From Nanobdellota archaeon (GTDB lineage Archaea; Nanobdellota; Nanobdellia; Pacearchaeales; GW2011-AR1), in the NCBI GenBank assembly GCA_038045365.1, contig JBBSYH010000005.1, positions 12,713 to 64,733 of the forward strand: DNA of 52,021 nucleotides, given 5' to 3'. Numbering within the stretch: the first letter of the stretch is position 1; every line of letters begins with the position of its first letter. Below, piece by piece: positions 42,930 to 50,904 of the stretch. Made by a program: the position numbers and the translations under genes. The notes beneath the pieces were generated by a model. It was not told where the DNA came from and did no database searches. It was given only the letters and a program-made list of their open reading frames with translations.

Positions 42930-43385
42930 ATGAACAAAAGAGGGCAGGAAGGATTATCTATTACGACGCTTTTGATTATTATTCTAGGGATTGTTGTTGT
43001 AGTTGTCATAATTTTAGGAGTTACAAAGGGCTTTGGTTTTATATTCGGAAAAATAGATTTTCTTCCTGGACAGGATCTTCAGGCAGTTGCCGAATCTTGC
43101 GCTACTGCTGCACAGCTGAAATTAAAGATTGATTATTGCGTTGAATTTAAGAAGATAAAGGTTGATGGGGCAAAGGAATACGTAAACTGCGAGGATTCAA
43201 GAGTAGAAAGTGGAATAAAATCTGAAGTTGAGAAAATAGAGTGTGATAAAGATACAAGTCAGAAATATTGCGAGATTTTAATAGAAAGAAAAGAGTACAA
43301 TGCTAAAGTTAATGGAGTAAATATAGGGAGCAATAAAGACAGCAAAAATACTGCAAAAGAACATTGTGGAAGTATTTTCAAATAA
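42930..43385 (+). CDS. Cys-rich pilin-like protein
   Basis: 151 aa from the second ATG (the track starts at 42912). MNKRG|QEGLSITTLLIIILGIVVVVVIILGV. Six Cys in the soluble domain. Confidence 0.5.
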   Translation: MNKRGQEGLSITTLLIIILGIVVVVVIILGVTKGFGFIFGKIDFLPGQDLQAVAESCATAAQLKLKIDYCVEFKKIKVDGAKEYVNCEDSRVESGIKSEVEKIECDKDTSQKYCEILIERKEYNAKVNGVNIGSNKDSKNTAKEHCGSIFK

Positions 43386-43518
43386 ATTGATTCTTTAAGA
43401 TGGATTACGGATTTTCAAGCAAGAGAAAAAGCAAAAACGATAAACGGGCAAAAGGAAGATATAATAAGTATAAGAAAGGCGGGAAATACAGAACTGCATT
43501 TACAAAAGAAAAAAAATT

Positions 43519-44499
43519 TTAGTGCTCAATTCCTTCATGAAGCAATTTTATGGCATAGACTAAAACTAGTGGTCCAAGAACAAATCCAAATATTCCAAAA
43601 ATAGGAATCCCGCCAAAAATACCCATAAGGAAAATCAGAGGGTGAATTTTTGAATTTTTGCTTATTATTTTTCCAAGTAAAATTATTTCTATGATTACAC
43701 TTATTATTAGTCCTGTAATTATTACTCCAATTGCTGTGAAATAATTATTGTTTATCAAGTAATAGAGTGCCAGTGGCAACCAAACTGCGACAGGACCAAG
43801 TCCCGGAATGAAAGCAAGAAATGCAATAAGCATAGCGAGAAGTATGAAATATTTTACTCCAAAAATATAAAATCCTATAAAAGCGACTCCAAATTCAAGA
43901 ATAGCTATGAAAAGATAACCGTGTACAATGCTTTTTGTTATTAGAGATATTTCATCAGCGACTCTTTGTTTATCAGAGAACGGAATGTAAAGAGTTAAAT
44001 TTTTTGCAAGGTAGCTCCAATTTATTAGAATGTAGTATGTTCCCAGAAGCACTATTATAGTCGAAATAAAAAGAGCCGGAATATATGCTAAAATGGAAGT
44101 TGCAACAGAAAGAATATAAGATATAAATTTTTCTTTGAGAGATTCAAGATTTATTTTTTCAAGAATAGGATATTCGGATATTTTTTCAGTTATACTTTCA
44201 AATGTATTAACAGTAAGAGACTCTTTTGCCTGATTTATTATTCCGACTGTGAGAAGAACTGTTGGAAGGATGAGTATTATAATGATTGTAAGAAGGCATA
44301 AGGCCGCAGATGCAGATTTTCCAAGCTTTTTAGAAAGAGAATCATACAGCGGCTTCACAAGAAAAGCGAGAATAAAGGCAGATATAAGCGAGATAGCAAA
44401 GGGCTTGATTATCATTAAAGAAACTATGAAAAGTCCTATAGTAATTACCCAGAAAAGATACCTTTTTTTTGCTATTGACAAATCTCTCTCTTCTTTCAT
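43519..44499 (-). CDS. AI-2E/PerM (UPF0118) family membrane transporter
   Basis: 326 aa. Typical PerM pattern (IIKPFAISLISAFILAFLVKPLYDSL...; C-terminal GGIPIFGIFGFVLGPLVL). Confidence 0.7.
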   Translation of the reverse strand: MKEERDLSIAKKRYLFWVITIGLFIVSLMIIKPFAISLISAFILAFLVKPLYDSLSKKLGKSASAALCLLTIIIILILPTVLLTVGIINQAKESLTVNTFESITEKISEYPILEKINLESLKEKFISYILSVATSILAYIPALFISTIIVLLGTYYILINWSYLAKNLTLYIPFSDKQRVADEISLITKSIVHGYLFIAILEFGVAFIGFYIFGVKYFILLAMLIAFLAFIPGLGPVAVWLPLALYYLINNNYFTAIGVIITGLIISVIIEIILLGKIISKNSKIHPLIFLMGIFGGIPIFGIFGFVLGPLVLVYAIKLLHEGIEH

Positions 44500-44549
44500 T
44501 TTTGAAAGTATAAGGGAAAGTTAATAAATATTGCTATTATTACTTCTTT

Positions 44550-45398
44550 ATGGAAGAGTATTATTTTCTTTTTTTTGTTGCATTTTTGTATGTAATATTT
44601 GCGAGTGTGCAGGATTTAAGAAAGAGAGAGGTTGCGGACTGGCTGACTTTTTCTTTAATTGTTTTTGCTTTGGCTTATAGGGCTTTTTATTCTGCAGTAG
44701 AAGACAAGTATAATTTTTTTGTTTTAGGGCTTGCAGGATTTGCATTTTTTTTTGTGCTCGCGCATCTTTTCTATTACGGAAAAGTCTTTGCTGGAGGCGA
44801 TGCAAAACTTTTGATGGGATTTGGAGCAATTCTGCCACTTGAATCATTTGGAGATATTCTTATTAATTCCATGGTTTTCATACTTATTTTATTTTCTTCG
44901 GGATTGATTTACAGCCTAGCCTATAGTTTTTTTATTATAAGTGAAAACAAAAATTTTTTTCCTAGGGCATTTTCAAAAGAAATAAGGGAGAAAAAATATA
45001 TGCTTTATGGTTCTGTCCTGCTTTTTGTGTTTTTTTTCAGTGCAATTATATTTTATAATTTTCCTGTTTTTTCTATTATTTTTTCTGTTGTGCCTTTGCT
45101 GTATATTTATCTCAGGGCCTTTGAGAAGAGCTGCATGATAAAAATAGTGCCTGCAAATAGAGTAGGAATTGGAGATTGGCTGGAAAAAGACATAGTTATC
45201 TCTGGAAGGAAAATAAGAAAGAGCGTTCATGGTTTGAGCAAAGAAGATGTTAAGGCAATAAGGAAAAGCGGAAAAAGAGTCATGATTAAATATGGTGTTC
45301 CCTTTGTTCCAGCTTTTTTAATTACACATATAGTTATGGTATCCTTCTATTTATTTTTAAAGAATGACCTGAGGGCAATATTTTACTTTCTATTTTAA
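44550..45398 (+). CDS. A24-family prepilin/prearchaellin peptidase (PibD/FlaK/EppA-like)
   Basis: 282 aa, polytopic. First Asp box SVQDLRKREVADWL and second Asp box FAGGDAKLLMG, about 60 residues apart. Confidence 0.75.
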   Translation: MEEYYFLFFVAFLYVIFASVQDLRKREVADWLTFSLIVFALAYRAFYSAVEDKYNFFVLGLAGFAFFFVLAHLFYYGKVFAGGDAKLLMGFGAILPLESFGDILINSMVFILILFSSGLIYSLAYSFFIISENKNFFPRAFSKEIREKKYMLYGSVLLFVFFFSAIIFYNFPVFSIIFSVVPLLYIYLRAFEKSCMIKIVPANRVGIGDWLEKDIVISGRKIRKSVHGLSKEDVKAIRKSGKRVMIKYGVPFVPAFLITHIVMVSFYLFLKNDLRAIFYFLF

Positions 45399-45942
45399 TA
45401 GTTTCTCTTTTTGGGACAGGTTCTAGCATTTTTATTATGTTTTCAAGCTCTTTTTCCGAGGCTTTTTTTCTTGGAGAGTTTAGATTTACAGGATCATCAT
45501 AATTTGGTATTAGATTTATTATTTTTTCTCCAAATTTTGTTTCAGTTTGAAGATCAACAGTTTTTGCTTTTAGTGCTTCGAGAAGCTTGCCCGCTAGCTT
45601 TTCAGCAAAAGAAAAAATCTGCGAAGGAATATTTTGTGAGACTGGAACTGGGTTTCTTGGTATTATTATAGTATGTCCTTTTGAAACCGGAGCTATTTCA
45701 AGAACTGCTAGAGAATGTTCATCAGAATCAATTTTTGCAGATTTAACATCTTTATCAACAATCATTCTAAATATTGTTTTTTGCTCTTTGTTTTGTTGCT
45801 GCTTAACAAGTTCTTCAAGTGCTTCTGGGGAGAGAGAATCAATCTGCGCCTGTGCTTTTTCTTTTTGCCCTTTTGGAAGATGCTGGATTTGGGCTGATAG
45901 CTGTGATTTTAGTTCTGCAATTTCTTGTGGAGTTAATACCAT
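45334..45942 (-). CDS. HIT-fold-like protein lacking the histidine triad
   Basis: 202 aa. Core IFRMIVDKDV...SLAVLEIAPVSKGHTIIIPR resembles HIT proteins. The HxHxHxx position reads EKIINLIP. 65-nt convergent overlap with the peptidase gene. Confidence 0.45.
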   Translation of the reverse strand: MVLTPQEIAELKSQLSAQIQHLPKGQKEKAQAQIDSLSPEALEELVKQQQNKEQKTIFRMIVDKDVKSAKIDSDEHSLAVLEIAPVSKGHTIIIPRNPVPVSQNIPSQIFSFAEKLAGKLLEALKAKTVDLQTETKFGEKIINLIPNYDDPVNLNSPRKKASEKELENIIKMLEPVPKRETIKIESKILPSGHSLKINRRIP

Positions 45943-45990
45943 AGCAAACAGAAAAAGGCATATTATAAATAAGTTTTGTTATTGAGATTT

Positions 45991-46108
45991 TGATACAGAA
46001 AACAAACTCCTGCTTTTAAGCCGGAGTTCTCCGTCGTTTGTTTTCTGTCTAAAAAACTCCAAAAAAACTGCGGACTTTAGTCAGCAGATGTCGCAAGGAG
46101 TTTTTTAT
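45991..46108. repeat. Structured repeat unit A, copy 2
   Basis: 118 nt. Matches 32620-32738 except T->C, one G deletion and C->A; the last two disrupt the inner A2 stem. Ends 2 nt from the ef1b stop codon. Confidence 0.9.
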
Positions 46109-46110
46109 AA

Positions 46111-46383
46111 TTAGCCAAGCGCTCTTCTATAATCTTCAATTGTTACTGAAGAAACTTCTGGTATTTGAGAGAGAAGAGATTCTACAATATCGGTTCCTTT
46201 TTCTTCTGGAAAATCAAACTTTACTAAAAGAGCTTTTAAGCCAAATGCAACAAGACGTTCTTCAAAAGAGATGTTTCTTGCTCCTTCCTTTTCAAGAGAG
46301 TGTTTAGCAGATGATTTTATTTTTTCCAAATCTGTTGAAAGAGATTTTGGCATTAATTTGGCTATGATTATTACTGTTGCCAT
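46111..46383 (-). CDS. ef1b: Translation elongation factor aEF-1 beta
   Basis: 90 aa. Typical archaeal EF-1beta pattern (KLMPKS...LEKIK...E...VAFGLKALLVKFDFPEEKGTDIVESLLSQIPEVSSVTIEDYRR). Confidence 0.8.
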   Translation of the reverse strand: MATVIIIAKLMPKSLSTDLEKIKSSAKHSLEKEGARNISFEERLVAFGLKALLVKFDFPEEKGTDIVESLLSQIPEVSSVTIEDYRRALG

Positions 46384-46492
46384 TATTATGAGTAAAAAAA
46401 CGAATTTATAAAGATTCAGCTTTTGTTTAAAAGAATTATTTGTGGTTTTTAATAGACATAATACTTATAAATCAATATTACTTGGGAAATAA

Positions 46493-47437
46493 ATGGATAA
46501 TTATGTGCAATTAATAGCTAGGATAGCACAATTAAGCGGATTAAGCGAAGAAGATATAGAAAGAAAAATTGAGGCGAAAAGAGCGAAGCTTTCTGGGTTG
46601 GTTTCTAAAGAAGGAGCTGCACAGATTGTTGCTTCAGAATTGGGAATTAATTTTGACAAAGAGAGAATGAAGATTTCTGAACTTGTGCAAGGCATGAAGA
46701 GGGCAAATATATTGGGAAAGATAATTGAAGTATCTCCAGTTAGATCTTTTAACAAAAATGGGAGGGAAGGCAAAGTAGTCAATATGCTAGTTGCTGATGA
46801 AAGTTCAAATGTAAAAGTTGTTTTGTGGGATACAAACCAAATAGCTTTGATAGAAGAAGGCAAGATAGGAGCTGGAAATGTAGTTGAAATTTCAAATGGG
46901 AATGTGAGGAATGGAGAATTACATCTGTCTTCTTTTTCTAGTATAAAGCAAAGCAAAGAAAAAATAGGAGAGGTTATTACGAAAAAATTATTTAGGTTTG
47001 CAAAACTGAAAGATGCAAAGCTAGGAAATAACGTAAAGACAAGAGCATTGATAGTTAACATGCATGATCCAAGATATTTTGAAGTATGTTCTGAGTGTGG
47101 CAAGAAAGTGAATGAAGCAGAATGTGCTGTCCATGGAAAAGTTTCTCCAAAAAAGAGAGCTCTTCTCAGTATTGTTCTTGATGATGGGAGCGATACAATG
47201 AGGGCTATTTTATTTGCAGAGCAGATATTGCAACTTGGAGTTTCTGATGAAGAACTATATGCTCCTGAAAAATTTATTGAAGTAAAAAGCAAATTGCTAG
47301 GAGAAGAAAAATATTTTGCAGGAATCATAAGAAATAATTCAATTTATAACAACATTGAATTTAATGTTGAAAGCGTAGAAGAAGTAAAATTAGATGCTTT
47401 GATTAAAGAGCTAGAATCTTCTGTTTATAGCCAATAG
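46493..47437 (+). CDS. rpa: Replication protein A (RPA41-like OB-fold ssDNA-binding protein with a zinc finger)
   Basis: 314 aa. N-terminal helical domain (SEEDIERKIEAK...EGAAQIVASELGI). OB fold (ILGKIIEVSPVRSF...GKVVNMLVADESSNVKVVLWD...GELHLS). Zinc motif CSECGKKVNEAECAVHG. Confidence 0.75.
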   Translation: MDNYVQLIARIAQLSGLSEEDIERKIEAKRAKLSGLVSKEGAAQIVASELGINFDKERMKISELVQGMKRANILGKIIEVSPVRSFNKNGREGKVVNMLVADESSNVKVVLWDTNQIALIEEGKIGAGNVVEISNGNVRNGELHLSSFSSIKQSKEKIGEVITKKLFRFAKLKDAKLGNNVKTRALIVNMHDPRYFEVCSECGKKVNEAECAVHGKVSPKKRALLSIVLDDGSDTMRAILFAEQILQLGVSDEELYAPEKFIEVKSKLLGEEKYFAGIIRNNSIYNNIEFNVESVEEVKLDALIKELESSVYSQ

Positions 47438-47467
47438 ATTTATAGAGAGTAATAATATTATTTTCTT

Positions 47468-47920
47468 ATGATGTGGAAGACACATATTGCTTTAGGAACA
47501 TTGTTCGCACTTTTGTTTTTTGATAATGTAAAATATCCTATTATTTTTCTGCCTGTTGTGATAATTTCAAGCTTATTGCCTGATATAGATTCTACAAAGT
47601 CTTATCTGGGGAAAAGATGGTTTTTTAGGCCGATACAGTGGTTTTTAAAACATAGGGGGTTATTACACAGCTTTAGTTTTTGTATTTTAGTATCTATAAT
47701 TTTGTCTTTTTTTTATCCACCAGCTTCATTTCCTTTTTTTCTTGGATATGGGAGCCATCTGATTGGAGATGCAATAACGAGAGAAGGAATAAGGCCTTTT
47801 TGGCCTTTAAAGACAGAGATTGCTGGGCATATAAGAACTGATGGGAAGATTGAGAAAATTGTTTTTTGGAGTCTTTGTCTTGGAATTGTAATTGTCGGGA
47901 CAGTGCTATTATTAAATTAA
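47468..47920 (+). CDS. Membrane-bound metal-dependent hydrolase (YdjM/DUF457-like)
   Basis: 150 aa. LPDIDS, HRGLLHS and HLIGDAIT motifs with TM segments. Confidence 0.55.
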   Translation: MMWKTHIALGTLFALLFFDNVKYPIIFLPVVIISSLLPDIDSTKSYLGKRWFFRPIQWFLKHRGLLHSFSFCILVSIILSFFYPPASFPFFLGYGSHLIGDAITREGIRPFWPLKTEIAGHIRTDGKIEKIVFWSLCLGIVIVGTVLLLN

Positions 47921-47931
47921 AATTACGAAAG

Positions 47932-47940
47932 TTTTTAAAT
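47932..47940 (+). promoter_or_regulatory. TATA-like box upstream of tRNA-Gln
   Basis: TTTTTAAAT lies about 30-38 nt upstream of the mature tRNA 5' end. Confidence 0.35.
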
Positions 47941-47969
47941 GAGGCAGAGTTTCTTAAGATGCAAAATTT

Positions 47970-48042
47970 AGCCCCATAGTATAGCGGTCAAGTATTCAGG
48001 CCTTTGGCGCCTGAGACCCCGGTTCGAATCCGGGTGGGGCTA
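47970..48042 (+). tRNA. tRNA-Gln (anticodon UUG); no intron and no encoded CCA
   Basis: Folded by hand. Acceptor AGCCCCA/TGGGGCT; D arm GTAT-AGCGGTCAA-GTAT (two G.U pairs); anticodon arm CAGGC-CTTTGGC-GCCTG (anticodon TTG); variable loop AGAC; T arm CCCGG-TTCGAAT-CCGGG; discriminator A. Confidence 0.9.
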
Positions 48043-48062
48043 TTTAAGCTGATACTCTGTGC

Positions 48063-48596
48063 TTATTGGATTTCTAAGCATCTAATCTCACACAAAACAA
48101 GAGGATATATTTTTTTTAATTTTAACGACATTTCTTTTTGAATTTTGTTGCTTATTGTTTCAGAAAATATTTCTTTGATATCTCTTGTTTTTAAATAAGA
48201 AATTAAATAATTTCTTGCATAATCCCTCAATGCTTTCCTTAGTGCTCTTGAGACTTTGTTTCTTGTAATCATGAATGGTTTGATTCTGACTTTACAGTCT
48301 TTACAGTCTGCTATAAATGAATCTTCTACATAATCAGTGCTATTTCTCATCATTTTTCTTATATATGAACCAATTATATTGATACTTGCTGGATTTCCGA
48401 TTAATTGCCCATTTTCAGCTTTTATTTTTATTTTTAGCTCAATACTTTTTCCCCTTAAGCTTCTTGTCATGTCTAATTTAACAACTTTTCCAGATAATTC
48501 TTCTACAGAATTTCCATAAAGATAAATTTTTGCAGCAGTTAAGGGAACTTTTACTTCAAAAAAAGATTTTTTTTGTGTTTTTTTTGTTTCTGGCAT
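48063..48596 (-). CDS. rps3ae: 30S ribosomal protein S3Ae (eS1)
   Basis: 177 aa. FFEVKVP...GKVVKLDMT...IGSYIRKMMRNSTDYVED...RIKPFMIT...KKIYPLVLCEIRCLEI follows the S3Ae pattern. Confidence 0.8.
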   Translation of the reverse strand: MPETKKTQKKSFFEVKVPLTAAKIYLYGNSVEELSGKVVKLDMTRSLRGKSIELKIKIKAENGQLIGNPASINIIGSYIRKMMRNSTDYVEDSFIADCKDCKVRIKPFMITRNKVSRALRKALRDYARNYLISYLKTRDIKEIFSETISNKIQKEMSLKLKKIYPLVLCEIRCLEIQ

Positions 48597-48597
48597 T

Positions 48598-48927
48598 TTA
48601 TTTTGAGATTTTTTCTCCTATTTCTATTCTTGATGACCTTATTGCCTTTTTAATTCCTTTTATTTTTCCACATACAGAGCATTTGTATATTATGGAAATT
48701 CTTTTAGTTGTTTTTGTCTTTCTTTTCCAATCTTTTGTTCCTTTTTTAGAACGTTTTCCAAGATTTCCAAATCCAGAAGTTAGTCCTCTCAGCTTATTTC
48801 TTACTGGAGATCCTCTAGAAAGAGGATGGGCCGCGGATCTTGCTTTTTGTTTTGCAGTTGCAATGCTCTGCTTAGTATGTTTTCTGCAATATGGGCAGTA
48901 TCTTTTGGTTTCTTTAGGTAATTTCAT
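48598..48927 (-). CDS. rpl44e: 50S ribosomal protein L44e (eL42)
   Basis: 109 aa. PKETKRYCPYCRKHTKQ...YKCSVCGK zinc-ribbon pattern and a basic composition. Confidence 0.8.
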   Translation of the reverse strand: MKLPKETKRYCPYCRKHTKQSIATAKQKARSAAHPLSRGSPVRNKLRGLTSGFGNLGKRSKKGTKDWKRKTKTTKRISIIYKCSVCGKIKGIKKAIRSSRIEIGEKISK

Positions 48928-49053
48928 TATTTTTTGTTAAATTTTACACCAAATTTAATATTAACTAAAGCTTTTTAAAGCTTCCTAAAAGTTTTTGTTT
49001 CTGCAAATACAGAGTACCAAAACCTTTTTAATACCTTTTTTCTAGAGAAACCA

Positions 49054-49371
49054 ATGACAGCACAAAGTTCTGATTGGGTAAAGATAAAGCCAGCAGATAT
49101 CGAGAAGATAGTTATAGAGCTTCATAAAGAAGGTAAGGCACCTGCTAAAATAGGATTGATTCTTAGAGATAAACATGGAATACCAAAAGTAAAACTTCTT
49201 GGAAAGAAAGTGGAGCAAATATTAAAAAATGCAAGTTTAACTCCAGTTAAAGAAAAGGATGCAATGACCAAGAAAATAGAAAAGCTTAAAAGACACATCT
49301 TGAAAAACAAACATGATTATACTTCAAAAAGAGCATTGACAAAGAAACTTTGGATTGTCAAAAAGCTCTAA
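49054..49371 (+). CDS. rps15: 30S ribosomal protein S15 (uS15/S13e), shortened at both ends
   Basis: 105 aa. DWVKIKPADIEKIVIELHKEGKAPAKIGLILRDKHGIPKVKLLGKKVEQILK matches the S13e N-domain. No alternative in-frame start exists upstream before a stop at 48976. Confidence 0.75.
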   Translation: MTAQSSDWVKIKPADIEKIVIELHKEGKAPAKIGLILRDKHGIPKVKLLGKKVEQILKNASLTPVKEKDAMTKKIEKLKRHILKNKHDYTSKRALTKKLWIVKKL

Positions 49372-49378
49372 CTAAAAA

Positions 49379-50698
49379 ATGTTAGACAATCTTAAATCTG
49401 CAATAGCACAAATTGATTTGTTGAGTAAGAAAAAACCAATAAAGGTTATCAGCCATTACGATACAGATGGAATAACCTCTGCAGCTATTTTTTCCCGCAC
49501 CCTGCAAAGATGGAACAAAAAATTTTCTATGCAAATAGTAAAAGGTCTTGATGAGAAGTTTATAAGGTCGCTACCTGAAGATCACATACTTATTTTTTTA
49601 GATTTGGCTTCTGGAAGTTTAAATTACTTAAAAGAAAAAAAGACAGAGATATTTGTTTTTGATCATCATGAAGTTATTCAAGAAATTCCTAGTAATGTTA
49701 TGATGATAAATCCACTTCTTGACAACAATGAGCCTATTTCAGGAGCAGCAATATGCTATCTTTTTGCAAAGTCAATATCTTTACAAAATAAAGACCTTGC
49801 AAATTTAGCAGTGATTGGGATGGTGGGAGATTTATTTGAGAAGAATCTTGGAAAAATATATGGCGAGATATTAAAAGATGCGGAAACAGTAATAAAAAAA
49901 GGACTTCTTATTTATCCTTCTACAAAGCCACTTGACAAAGTATTAGAATATTCTTCAAATACATATATTCCGGGAGTTACTGGCTCGTATAGAGGCGTTC
50001 TTGAGCTTCTTAAGGAGGCAAATGTAACTAGGATTAACGGAAGATTCAAGACAATTGGAGAACTGGATGAGGAAGAAATGGCTAATTTAATAACTGCCAT
50101 TATGCTTAGGGGAGTTGATTCTGAAAAAATAGAAAATCTAATAGGCAATATTTATCTTGTAAAGTTTTTTAATAAGCTTGAAGACGCAAGAGAATTTTCT
50201 GCCCTTATTAATGCATGCAGCAGAATGGACAAACCAGAAGTCTCACTTGGTTTTTGTTTAGGAAACAAAAAATTCAAAGAAGACGCAGAAAAGCTCTATA
50301 TTAATTATAAGCACCATATTGTTGCAGCACTTCAATATATTCAAGGATCTGAGAAAATATCCGGGAATAAATACGCAATTATAAACGCAAGAGATAATAT
50401 TAAAGATACTATAATAGGAACAGCCGCATCAATTATTTCACGCTCGCCTATATATCAAGAAGGCACTGTTATTGTCGCTTTAGCATATAACGAAGATAAA
50501 ATAAAGGTTTCTGCAAGAATAGCGGGAAGAGGGGGCAGAAATGTTCGTGAAATATTGAATAAAGCAGTTGTTGGTTTAGGCGAGGGAGAAGTCGGAGGAC
50601 ATCCAAATGCTGCAGGATGCCTTATTTCTAAAGAGCTAGAAGGCAAGTTTATTGAAGAGCTTAAGAGAATTCTAGAAGTAGAATTAATAAAAGTTTAA
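49379..50698 (+). CDS. recJ: DHH/DHHA1 phosphoesterase, archaeal RecJ/Cdc45-like (GAN-like)
   Basis: 439 aa. DHH motifs (SHYDTDGITS, DLASG, FDHHE) and the DHHA1 motif GGHPNAAG. Lies directly downstream of S15. Confidence 0.75.
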   Translation: MLDNLKSAIAQIDLLSKKKPIKVISHYDTDGITSAAIFSRTLQRWNKKFSMQIVKGLDEKFIRSLPEDHILIFLDLASGSLNYLKEKKTEIFVFDHHEVIQEIPSNVMMINPLLDNNEPISGAAICYLFAKSISLQNKDLANLAVIGMVGDLFEKNLGKIYGEILKDAETVIKKGLLIYPSTKPLDKVLEYSSNTYIPGVTGSYRGVLELLKEANVTRINGRFKTIGELDEEEMANLITAIMLRGVDSEKIENLIGNIYLVKFFNKLEDAREFSALINACSRMDKPEVSLGFCLGNKKFKEDAEKLYINYKHHIVAALQYIQGSEKISGNKYAIINARDNIKDTIIGTAASIISRSPIYQEGTVIVALAYNEDKIKVSARIAGRGGRNVREILNKAVVGLGEGEVGGHPNAAGCLISKELEGKFIEELKRILEVELIKV

Positions 50699-50721
50699 AA
50701 ATAGCCCTCACAATTAAATTT

Positions 50722-50904
50722 ATGCGGAAAGATATAAACAGCAAGTTTTTGAAAGTAATGTGCCCAAGGTGCAGGACCACCCATATACTTTTTGGAAAGT
50801 CGTCGATTAAGATAAAATGCGCCAAGTGCAATTATCTTCTTGTCAAGACTTTTGGAGGAAAGGCAAAAATCAGGGCGCCGATAAAGGAAGTATTATGGAA
50901 CTAA
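50722..50904 (+). CDS. rps27e: 30S ribosomal protein S27e (eS27)
   Basis: 60 aa. Zinc ribbon CPRC...CAKC, FLKVMCPRCRTTHILFG pattern. Confidence 0.85.
   Translation: MRKDINSKFLKVMCPRCRTTHILFGKSSIKIKCAKCNYLLVKTFGGKAKIRAPIKEVLWN

Noticed and set aside
43400-43522. 40-aa highly basic ORF (MDYGFSSKRKSKNDKRAKGRYNKYKKGGKYRTAFTKEKKF) after the pilin operon
   Set aside because: A purine-rich (A/G) stretch translates to Lys/Arg by default. It has no SD or TATA at a convincing distance, and it overlaps the stop of the convergent PerM gene. It may be real, but it is unsupported.
46501-47328. 275-aa ORF antisense to the RPA gene
   Set aside because: It lies entirely inside, and antisense to, a well-supported gene. 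The product is a low-complexity S/F/L-rich translation typical of a shadow ORF opposite purine-rich coding sequence.
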